43,002 nt of DNA from an uncultured Bacilli bacterium (GTDB lineage: Bacteria; Bacillota_I; Bacilli_A; RF39; UBA660), in NCBI GenBank assembly GCA_947585065.1, contig CANPWX010000002.1, forward strand, positions 1 to 43,002, given 5' to 3'. Shown here piece after piece: positions 8,399 through 15,956 of this stretch (position 1 is the stretch's first letter; each line of letters opens with the position of its first letter). The notes beneath the pieces are model-generated. The model saw only the letters and a program-made list of their open reading frames with translations, was not told where the DNA came from and searched no databases. The translations under genes and the position numbers were made by a program.

Positions 8399-9124
8399 AT
8401 GAAAAAGAAAAAAATATTTTTAGGCAGTTTTGCAATTTTGGCAATGTGTTTTACAATGAAGCAAGTTTTAGCTGAAGAATTTTATTATCAAAATGATAAT
8501 GGAGTGATTTTAACAGAAAACGAATATCAATACATAACTGATTTGTATTGGAACGGTTACCAAAAATATTTAACTGAATCTGACTATCAGTTAATGAAAG
8601 AAATGGATATATTTAATAATGAGATAAAGAAAAGTGAAGTAACCGATTATCCTTTGACTCGTGGAAATATAGTAACAAGTCATTCGAGAACTTCTTCACT
8701 TAATGCAAGTTGTTCAGATACTTGTTTAGTTACATTTGTAACGGTATGGAATGAAATTCCTTCTATTAAAAGTTATGATGTAGTTGGTATAAGATTGAAT
8801 AATACGATTTTATCACGAGTTGTGAATATTCTTGAAACTGGTAGTAATTATTCTAAAGTATATAATGAAATTCAAAGTTCTTCGGATGGTTTTGGAGTAT
8901 CTATTCTAGTCCCAAATACTGACAATATAAGAACAACTATTACTATGATAACTACTAAAAATGGTACACTCTATGGATCCTATCAGCATACTCGAAGAAA
9001 TATAACTGAAGCTACATCTAAAAATTATAGTATAGGTCAAGGAGGATATGGTAATGTATTTTATTTTTCAGGACCTGCAGTAGGAGTTTATGATGAAGCA
9101 CCTGGGGTAGATTTAATTTTATAA
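8399..9124 (+). CDS. secreted protein of unknown function
   Basis: Signal peptide MKKKKIFLGSFAILAMCFTMKQVLA-EE. GGAAGGAAAAGG RBS. Confidence 0.6.
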   Translation: MKKKKIFLGSFAILAMCFTMKQVLAEEFYYQNDNGVILTENEYQYITDLYWNGYQKYLTESDYQLMKEMDIFNNEIKKSEVTDYPLTRGNIVTSHSRTSSLNASCSDTCLVTFVTVWNEIPSIKSYDVVGIRLNNTILSRVVNILETGSNYSKVYNEIQSSSDGFGVSILVPNTDNIRTTITMITTKNGTLYGSYQHTRRNITEATSKNYSIGQGGYGNVFYFSGPAVGVYDEAPGVDLIL

Positions 9125-9248
9125 TATATAATAAATATCTATTCTAGTTATTTTTTTGATAGATTTTCAATTTTATCAAAGTAAAAAAATAAAATTGTTT
9201 TCTTTTGGGGTATATAGTATAATACATCTAATGAAAGGAAATCAAGAA

Positions 9249-9668
9249 ATGACTAATTTTAGGAAGTTTTTAAAGAAAATAAATATTAATCTTGATGCTA
9301 TTCCAGTAAATGAAAAAGTTAATGAGTGCGATGAAAAAACAGAAAAAGAAACAAATGAAAGGATTTTATTTAAAAGCAATTATACAATAGAGAACTTTCA
9401 CTTCTATATAGTTACTTTTAAAGTTTTAGATATTAATGTTATAGTAAATTTACCAAAAAATTTATCATTACCAAAAAAATATACTTATAATACAACAATG
9501 ATGATTGAATTTAAAGATGGTAATAGAATATATACGTTATCAGATATTTTCTATACGAAAAGCGAAACAGAACAAAAATCAAAAAAAGAATATGAAAAAC
9601 TAAATAATGTATTTAAAGAAACAGAAGATCTTGAAAAAATATTTAAAAAGTTAATTCAAATGTTATAA
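9249..9668 (+). CDS. hypothetical protein (start trimmed to the ATG with an RBS)
   Basis: GAAAGGAAA lies 8 nt before the ATG at 9249. The track's TTG at 9156 lies upstream of a TATAAT at ~9217. The last ~25 codons lie inside direct repeat DR-L. Confidence 0.5.
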   Translation: MTNFRKFLKKININLDAIPVNEKVNECDEKTEKETNERILFKSNYTIENFHFYIVTFKVLDINVIVNLPKNLSLPKKYTYNTTMMIEFKDGNRIYTLSDIFYTKSETEQKSKKEYEKLNNVFKETEDLEKIFKKLIQML

Positions 9669-9832
9669 TTTTATGATTTTTCGTTTTTTTCCATTATTTT
9701 TCATTATTTCACAAACTTTTCCATTATTTTGTTGAAATTTACACTCGCCGTGCTATTATAATGTAAACTTGAAAAAAGTTTGTTTAAAAGAACCTTTTTC
9801 AAGTTTTTTTATGGAAAGATGCAAAAATTGGT
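9593..9832 (+). repeat. DR-L: left copy of a ~240-bp direct repeat (partner 13885-14128)
   Basis: About 12 differences by eye, mostly substitutions and 1-nt homopolymer indels. Contains TTCCATTATTTT-type short repeats, a TTGAAA-16-TATTAT promoter-like site and a hairpin plus T-run at 9766-9810. Confidence 0.85.
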
Positions 9833-10072
9833 TACTATTCATAACCAATTTTAAAAAATCTCACAAACCTAGATAATATAATGGTTTGCAGTTATTTCAT
9901 CAAAAACTTGTTAAAAACCGTAATTTTTTAAAGTGAGAGATGCATATAAAAAATATTTGATTTTTATATGTCAATTCCCAATTTTACATTAACTTTGAGT
10001 ATATTAATAAAAAAGTTAAAATAAGTTTTATAATATTTAAAAGCTATACGCCAGTTTTTATAACTTAAATTT

Positions 10073-10573
10073 TTATTTTTTAGCAAATTTAGCTATAATA
10101 AATTCATATAAAACAAAGATAACTGGCATAATTAAATACATTATTATAGAAATGCTAAAGTCATAGATAGAAAAATATACATATTTATTCAAAAGAATGT
10201 AAGAAATGCTAAATATAGCAATTCGAATTATTAATATTAAAAAACATATAGTAAACAATTTCTCTAAAAATATTTTATATAATGATTTACGTAAATAAAG
10301 AAATTCTTTTGAATGATTATTTTCATAAATCAAATAACTCCATGATATATATGCAATGCAAACAACCTGAAAAATAATCCATAAGTATTCTAAAAAATCA
10401 AAATTAACTATTGTAAAAATTCCAACTAAAAATTGAAAATCCTTTTGAACAATGTCTATTGAACTTATTTTTATTATACAATAGACACAAAAATAAAAAA
10501 TTATATATATGACAAGTAATTTCCAAAAATCGGATTTTAATAGTTTTTTTAAAACATTAAATTGGTAAATCAT
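10073..10573 (-). CDS. polytopic membrane protein (putative ABC-2 permease component)
   Basis: Highly hydrophobic, 166 aa. ATGA overlap with the upstream gene. Confidence 0.55.
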   Translation of the reverse strand: MIYQFNVLKKLLKSDFWKLLVIYIIFYFCVYCIIKISSIDIVQKDFQFLVGIFTIVNFDFLEYLWIIFQVVCIAYISWSYLIYENNHSKEFLYLRKSLYKIFLEKLFTICFLILIIRIAIFSISYILLNKYVYFSIYDFSISIIMYLIMPVIFVLYEFIIAKFAKK

Positions 10574-11304
10574 TTCATTCTATCCTTCTGCTGTTTAACA
10601 AAAAAGTTCTTATATCCAATTATAATTAGAAAGATCCAAAATAAAAATTGAATAAATGAAGCAACTAATTCTAATTTAAAAGAAAAATAAGGTTTTACTT
10701 CAAAATAAGATGTTATAAAAATTGGAAATTCACTAAATTTAGTAATAATATTGCTTGAAATAACAAAATCGAATCCAAAAAGCATAAGTATAATTAGCAT
10801 TGTTGTAAATATCGATGTGACTACTCCGTTCGTTTTCCATTTTAAAATAAATTCAATTATACCAATTAAAATTAGAAACACGATCAATCTAATGTAAAAA
10901 AATATATTATAAATATACAATGGCATACTATAATAAGAAAAATTAACAACTTCAAAATTACCTTCACAATAAATAATTGCTAGAATACTTAATATTAAAA
11001 AGATTATTAACATATAAACGAAAATTAAAAAACTAATATCAGATATTGCTTTTTTTATAAGAATCTGCAGGCTGGTGTGCCTTAACATTATATTTTTATT
11101 ACAATACAGATTATAAACATCATTCACAAGAACGGAAATTGCCACAAGTAATGTCACAACAAACCAACGATTAGTTATCATTTCTAATACTTTATTCCAA
11201 AAATTAATTTCTGAAAAAGAAAAAAAGGATATTAATAAACCTATTATCGAGCAAATGAAAAAATGTAAAAAAATTTTTTTAATGCTATACTTTTTCAAAC
11301 TCAT
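10570..11304 (-). CDS. polytopic membrane protein (putative ABC-2 permease component)
   Basis: About 6 hydrophobic segments. ATGA overlaps at both ends with the ATPase and downstream gene. Confidence 0.55.
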   Translation of the reverse strand: MSLKKYSIKKIFLHFFICSIIGLLISFFSFSEINFWNKVLEMITNRWFVVTLLVAISVLVNDVYNLYCNKNIMLRHTSLQILIKKAISDISFLIFVYMLIIFLILSILAIIYCEGNFEVVNFSYYSMPLYIYNIFFYIRLIVFLILIGIIEFILKWKTNGVVTSIFTTMLIILMLFGFDFVISSNIITKFSEFPIFITSYFEVKPYFSFKLELVASFIQFLFWIFLIIIGYKNFFVKQQKDRMK

Positions 11305-11933
11305 TTTATTTTTACACTTCCATTATCAAAATAATATATAATATCAGCTAAATTTTCTAAATCTTCTCTTATATGAGTAGAAATCAATATCATCTTACCT
11401 TTATCTTTTTCTTCAATCAAAAATTTTGAAATTTGTTTTACACTTTCTTCTTCAATTCCATTGAATGGTTCATCCAAAATCATAACATCTGGATTTTCCA
11501 TTAAAACCTGTGCTATCCCTAATTTTTGTTTCATGCCTAACGAATATTCAGAATATTTTTTATTCATTTCAGATTCTAAATTCACGATTTTCAAAGTCTT
11601 ATAAATTTGCTCATCAGAAGTTTTATTTTGAATATCTGCAAGTAATCGTAAATTCTCAAAACCAGTTAAATCTGGAAAAAAATTTGGATTTTCAATTAAA
11701 GCTCTTACATTCGGAACGAACATATTGTTTTTATTATAATTAATATTATCAAATGTAACTTCACCTGAAGAAGGAGCATAAAGTCCACAAATTATTTTTA
11801 GTAATACACTTTTTCCAGAACCATTTCGCCCAGATAAACCATATATTTTACCACTTTCAAAATCTAATGTAACATCTTTTAAGACATAATTATTTTTAAA
11901 TTTTTTTGAAACATTTTTAACTTCTATTTTCAT
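11301..11933 (-). CDS. ABC transporter ATP-binding protein
   Basis: Walker A GRNGSGKS, signature-like YSLGMKQKLG, Walker B VMILDEP. AGGAGG RBS. Confidence 0.9.
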   Translation of the reverse strand: MKIEVKNVSKKFKNNYVLKDVTLDFESGKIYGLSGRNGSGKSVLLKIICGLYAPSSGEVTFDNINYNKNNMFVPNVRALIENPNFFPDLTGFENLRLLADIQNKTSDEQIYKTLKIVNLESEMNKKYSEYSLGMKQKLGIAQVLMENPDVMILDEPFNGIEEESVKQISKFLIEEKDKGKMILISTHIREDLENLADIIYYFDNGSVKIK

Positions 11934-11941
11934 TTTTCCTC

Positions 11942-12853
11942 CTATTTTTTTCCTTTTTCACAATCAATTATAAATTTTTCTTTATTTTTATAACTGATAT
12001 ATACTCCCAAACTTGATACTATAAACATTACAAAGGTGAATGTAATTAGTGGTATAGTACCATACTGATCGCTAAATGTAAATAAATTCATAATATTAAA
12101 TAATCTTCCCCATGTGGAATGAAATAATAATTGGCTTATTAATAAATTCACAACTACTTCAAAAAATAATTCTATTCCTAAGTAACTTAAAAACGATAAC
12201 AATATTGATGAAAAATAATTATAACATTTTCTAACAATAATCAATGATATATTTATAAAAATAAAGGAATAGAGAATAATATTAAATAAATATAACATAA
12301 TAAATATACATGGATGATTAACAATATTGCTTGTCCATATTGATGTTCCAAATGTTTGAGAATAAGTTGGATTGCTTGAAAAAATCATAATACATGGAAT
12401 TATAATTAAAATCGCAACCATAGGCAATATCCAAAAATATTTATAGGATTTTTTTAAATAAAATCGCATAAAGTTTCTGTAATTATCTCTTAATAAATAA
12501 TTAATTAAATATTTATTTCTAATTATTTTGGATAGGCAGAACAATGTTGGAATGCAAACCAATAAAAATGCAATACCATTTAGAAAATGAACCCTATATA
12601 ATATTACATCAGATAACACTGTATAAAAATCAACTTTTATATCTTTCTGTGATATAACCTGATTACAAAATTTTACCATGTTTTCCTCATCAGAAGCCTC
12701 TAAACCATTTTGACAATATTCTATAATATTATTTCTATTAATATCCATTTGTTTCTGATCTTTTATAGAATTAACACACGAATATAAGACAAATATTCCT
12801 ATTATACTAAAAATAATAATGGCTATTAAATTGTCTTTGAAAATTTTTTTCAT
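11942..12853 (-). CDS. polytopic membrane protein of unknown function
   Basis: 303 aa with multiple hydrophobic helices. GAAAGGTG RBS. First membrane gene of the operon. Confidence 0.55.
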   Translation of the reverse strand: MKKIFKDNLIAIIIFSIIGIFVLYSCVNSIKDQKQMDINRNNIIEYCQNGLEASDEENMVKFCNQVISQKDIKVDFYTVLSDVILYRVHFLNGIAFLLVCIPTLFCLSKIIRNKYLINYLLRDNYRNFMRFYLKKSYKYFWILPMVAILIIIPCIMIFSSNPTYSQTFGTSIWTSNIVNHPCIFIMLYLFNIILYSFIFINISLIIVRKCYNYFSSILLSFLSYLGIELFFEVVVNLLISQLLFHSTWGRLFNIMNLFTFSDQYGTIPLITFTFVMFIVSSLGVYISYKNKEKFIIDCEKGKK

Positions 12854-12922
12854 AATACAACACCTTTCAAAAAGTAAATTAGAGAGTTTGAAATACGTTC
12901 TAATAATATTTTATTAAACTAA

Positions 12923-13336
12923 TTATAAAGTCCACCAAAAAACGACAAATGTTTTTAATAAAGTAAAGTCTTCTCGCATTACTCCCATATTATATGTTTC
13001 TGGTCTTGAACTTCCATCATGACCTACAAAAGTTTTAGTTTGACCAAGAACTAGTGTTTGTCCAGTGAAAGCGTTTCCACTACTATCAAAAGGCTTAAAT
13101 CCCATTTTGCAATCATAACATGGATCAGTCAAAGAAGTACGCACTATAGTTAAATTTACTGATTGATCTCCCCAATCATCTTTTATAAAACTTGATGTAT
13201 GTGTGAATTTACCACGTTCAATATCTCTTACTGATAATGAGAAAGTTCGTGGGCTAAGAGTATCAGCATTAACTGTTTGAGTAGAAACAGCTAGTGTAGC
13301 AAATAAACCGATTGTTAAAATAATAATTTTTTTCAT
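12923..13336 (-). CDS. small secreted protein of unknown function (first gene of the ABC operon)
   Basis: Signal peptide MKKIIILTIGLFATLAVSTQTVNA-DT. AAGGAGGA RBS. Cys pair in DPCYDCK. Confidence 0.6.
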   Translation of the reverse strand: MKKIIILTIGLFATLAVSTQTVNADTLSPRTFSLSVRDIERGKFTHTSSFIKDDWGDQSVNLTIVRTSLTDPCYDCKMGFKPFDSSGNAFTGQTLVLGQTKTFVGHDGSSRPETYNMGVMREDFTLLKTFVVFWWTL

Positions 13337-13430
13337 TATTCCATCCTCCTTACAATAACTTCTAAAATAACTTCAAACTCTCTAAATTAATAATAACATA
13401 AATTACCAAATATTACCATGACATTATACC

Positions 13431-13463
13431 AATTAGTGTAAATTATACAAATTAGTGTAAATT
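13431..13463. promoter_or_regulatory. tandem direct repeat AATTAGTGTAAATT x2 (19-bp period) in the promoter region of the minus-strand ABC operon
   Basis: Identical 14-mers at 13431-13444 and 13450-13463, ~100 bp upstream of the 13336 start. Minus-strand TATAAT sequences overlap them. Confidence 0.45.
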
Positions 13464-13603
13464 TTGGTTACAGATTTGTGACCACAAAGAAAAAAAATCA
13501 AATTTTTTAGCAAAATCAAATATTTATTGATATAATTAAAATAGCAAAGAAATTACATATTCTAATAACTATTTAAAAGGATTATATAATGAGTTATGAA
13601 AAA

Positions 13604-13880
13604 TGACTAGCAAAATACTGAACTAGAAAAAAGGAAGAGCAGAAAATCAAAAACAGATTAAATCTCTTATTGAAACAGTTAAAACACTAATAGCATTTTT
13701 TAGAGAATTTAAAGAATTAGTGGAAGAATTAAAAACTGAAATTTTAAGATTAATAAAAAAAATAGTTCTAATTTATCAAAACCATCAAGTAACAATAGTT
13801 ATAAAAGGTGATAACCAATATACGGCAAAAATCAGAAAATAAAAAAGGAAAAACTTATAGGAAGTCCAAGTACAAATTTG
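13604..13880 (+). pseudogene. remnant of an IS66-family transposase N-terminus (frameshifted, stops)
   Basis: Coiled-coil stretch ...FREFKELVEELKTEILRLIKK. After a frameshift in the A8 run (13753-13760) comes NSSNLSKPSSNNSYKR, resembling the IS66 TnpC N-terminal KNSSNSSKPPSSD motif as I recall it. Confidence 0.45.
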
Positions 13881-13884
13881 TTGT

Positions 13885-14128
13885 TAGAAAAATTAAATAA
13901 TGTATTTTAAAGAAACAGAAAATCTTGAAAAAATATTTAAAAAGTTAATTCAAATGTTATAATTTTATGATTTTTCGTTTTTTTTTCATTATTTTTCATT
14001 ATTTCACAAACTTTTTCATTTTTTTGTTGAAATTTAAACTCACCGTGCTATTATAATGTAAACTTGAAAAAAGTTTGTTTAAAAGAACCTTTTTTCAAGC
14101 TTTTTTATGGAAAGATGCAAAAATTGGT
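13885..14128 (+). repeat. DR-R: right copy of the ~240-bp direct repeat (partner 9593-9832)
   Basis: Includes a decayed copy of the last ~25 codons of 9249-9668. An extra T at ~13906 breaks the frame. Confidence 0.85.
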
Positions 14129-14410
14129 AAAAAATGTTAAAAACTACTTGACAAGCATGAAAAAAAGTAATAGTGTATATAACCTAATTTAAAAAAGCGA
14201 GGAAGTTTCGTGATACTGCTTATTTTATTATTAGGAGAATAAAGTTAGGTGGTGTGAGACATGAACAATGAAGTGATATCTTATAAGTTTGATGTTGTAA
14301 GTAAAATCAATAGTGTGTATTTATCTGTTTTTGTGTCGCTCAAAGAGAGAAAGTTCTTAAGAAGGATTATCTCTCTTTTTTCCTAATTAACTAGGAAAGC
14401 AGGGGGGTTA

Positions 14411-14899
14411 ATGGAACAAAAACTAATTACGTTTGAGTACAAACTAGAAGATGATATGATCGACAATGCGTTACTTCCAGATAATGAGATTAAACAATAT
14501 GATTTAGACAAATGTTATTTAGAAGTAAAGAAAAAAGTAGAGGAATTTATTTTAGATCAATTTAATTTTCCTCAGATTCCAAAGCCACAAATTACAACAT
14601 CGTATGAGGTAAGATATGAGTATTTTGTTAGTAAGGCAACAGACAAAGTGGGAAACTATATTGAAAAAAAGATTGATAAAGAACAAGAAATCATAAAACT
14701 TTATCAGGAGATTTCAAATAGTTTAACCTTGCTAAGTCGAGGAGAGTTTACATATTTTCTGGAATGTTTGTATTTCAATAAAAAAGAATCTGTTGTCATT
14801 GATAAGTTAGAAACAACAAGATACTATTTTAATCCTATCAAGCAAAGCTGTATTGTAAAATTGGCAAAAGCTTGGAAAATAGCGAAAAAAAGAACATAA
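14411..14899 (+). CDS. ArpU-like / sigma-70 region-4-like transcriptional regulator
   Basis: 162 aa. C-terminal LSRGEFTYFLECLYFNKKESVVIDKLETTRYYFNPIKQSCIVKLAKAW fits the region-4/ArpU pattern. GGGGGG RBS. Sits directly upstream of the transfer operon promoter motif. Confidence 0.5.
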   Translation: MEQKLITFEYKLEDDMIDNALLPDNEIKQYDLDKCYLEVKKKVEEFILDQFNFPQIPKPQITTSYEVRYEYFVSKATDKVGNYIEKKIDKEQEIIKLYQEISNSLTLLSRGEFTYFLECLYFNKKESVVIDKLETTRYYFNPIKQSCIVKLAKAWKIAKKRT

Positions 14900-14923
14900 C
14901 GAATGAAGTAGTTATGTTTTTTT
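14893..14923 (+). terminator. rho-independent terminator
   Basis: aacataac-(10 nt)-gttatgtt followed by TTTTT. Overlaps the stop codon of 14411-14899. Confidence 0.55.
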
Positions 14924-14976
14924 ATATGAAAGGAGTGATGGAAGTGTATAAAAAACAGAAAATCCCATAAAAACTC

Positions 14977-15017
14977 AAAAAGGTGTTGACTTTTTGAACA
15001 ATTAGAGTGATATATTA
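14977..15017 (+). promoter_or_regulatory. copy B of the conserved promoter/operator motif, candidate main transfer-operon promoter
   Basis: aaaaggtgttgactttttgaacaattagagtgatatattat, ~75 nt upstream of the first gene of the 25-kb co-directional block. Confidence 0.6.
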
Positions 15018-15091
15018 TCTATAAGAAATTTGTGCTTAAAAGCTATTAAATAGCTATTAGAGTAGAGTGATGAAAGGATTTGAGGAGTTAT

Positions 15092-15904
15092 ATGAGAAAA
15101 AAAGAAACAAGTGCTAAAACTTGCAAAAATAAAGCTTTAATTTATACTATGGTAATTGTTATTATAATAGGTATAACTGTATTTAGTGTAGTACTTTGTA
15201 GAAAATATAGTAATGTGAATAGAAATACAGAAGAAACTAAAACTGAAAATGAAAAAGCAGAATTTGAAGAAAACGAAAAGTTGAATGAAGAATTAGAAAA
15301 ACAAGAAACTTCTAAGAAATCTGAAAATGAAGTAAATCAAAACAATGTAGTGAATCAAGAAAATATTACAAATAAAAAAGATGACACTTCAACTAGCAAT
15401 CAAAGTAACAGTACTGGAAATACTTCAAATAAAGAGACACAAAGTAATACTCCGAATAAAAATCAAACCACAACTACGAATGATACTAGTACAAACAAAA
15501 ATCAAAATACCACTACAAATAATAATACAACAAGTACCAATCAAAATAATACTACAAATAGCAATAGCTCAAATAAACAGGAAAGTACTACGGAAAATAC
15601 CACTACAACTACAAACTCAAATTCTAAAAATGAACAAGAAGAAAACAAAACTACTTCAGAAAAGGAAACACCAAAAGAACAACCGACTTGTCAATCTAAA
15701 AAATTTGTTTCCAAATGGTTTAGAGCAGATTTTTCCTCTATGGAAGAATGTATAGCTATAGGAAATAAATATTTGGAGACAGGATTATATGGATTTAATT
15801 GTGATTATGAAACTGATGACTGTGGTACATTTTATTATATGCTCAGTTTGTATGATCATGAAGGTACGAACTATTTAGATTATAGAGAAGTACCATTACC
15901 TTAA
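15092..15904 (+). CDS. membrane-anchored protein with T/N/S-rich low-complexity linker and Cys-containing C-terminal domain
   Basis: GAGGAG lies 4 nt before the ATG at 15092 (track TTG at 15080 rejected). TM helix ALIYTMVIVIIIGITVFSVVL. Linker NQNTTTNNNTTSTNQNNTTNSNSS. C-terminal CQSKKF...CIAIG...NCDYETDDCG. Confidence 0.6.
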   Translation: MRKKETSAKTCKNKALIYTMVIVIIIGITVFSVVLCRKYSNVNRNTEETKTENEKAEFEENEKLNEELEKQETSKKSENEVNQNNVVNQENITNKKDDTSTSNQSNSTGNTSNKETQSNTPNKNQTTTTNDTSTNKNQNTTTNNNTTSTNQNNTTNSNSSNKQESTTENTTTTTNSNSKNEQEENKTTSEKETPKEQPTCQSKKFVSKWFRADFSSMEECIAIGNKYLETGLYGFNCDYETDDCGTFYYMLSLYDHEGTNYLDYREVPLP

Positions 15905-15956
15905 ATCAGTGAAATACTGATTTTTTTTAAAATAAAATGAATGAGGGGGAATAATA

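Noticed and set aside
7089-8444. Minus-strand ORFs 7089-7289 and 8163-8444.
   Set aside because: Both overlap well-supported + strand genes or their promoter and RBS regions, are phenylalanine/isoleucine-rich AT-translation artefacts, and lack an RBS.
9689-9810. Small RNA gene or CRISPR-like or iteron array in the direct repeats (TTCCATTATTTT x3, promoter-like site, hairpin plus T-run).
   Set aside because: The predicted start would fall inside the left arm of the hairpin, so no stable sRNA is obvious. The hairpin is more simply the terminator of 9249-9668. Three short degenerate repeats with no spacers are not a CRISPR array. They are kept only as part of the direct-repeat finding.
15381-15755. 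124-aa alternative-frame ORF within 15092-15904.
   Set aside because: It is produced by the repetitive A/C-rich low-complexity DNA, has no RBS, and is nested in the better-supported frame.
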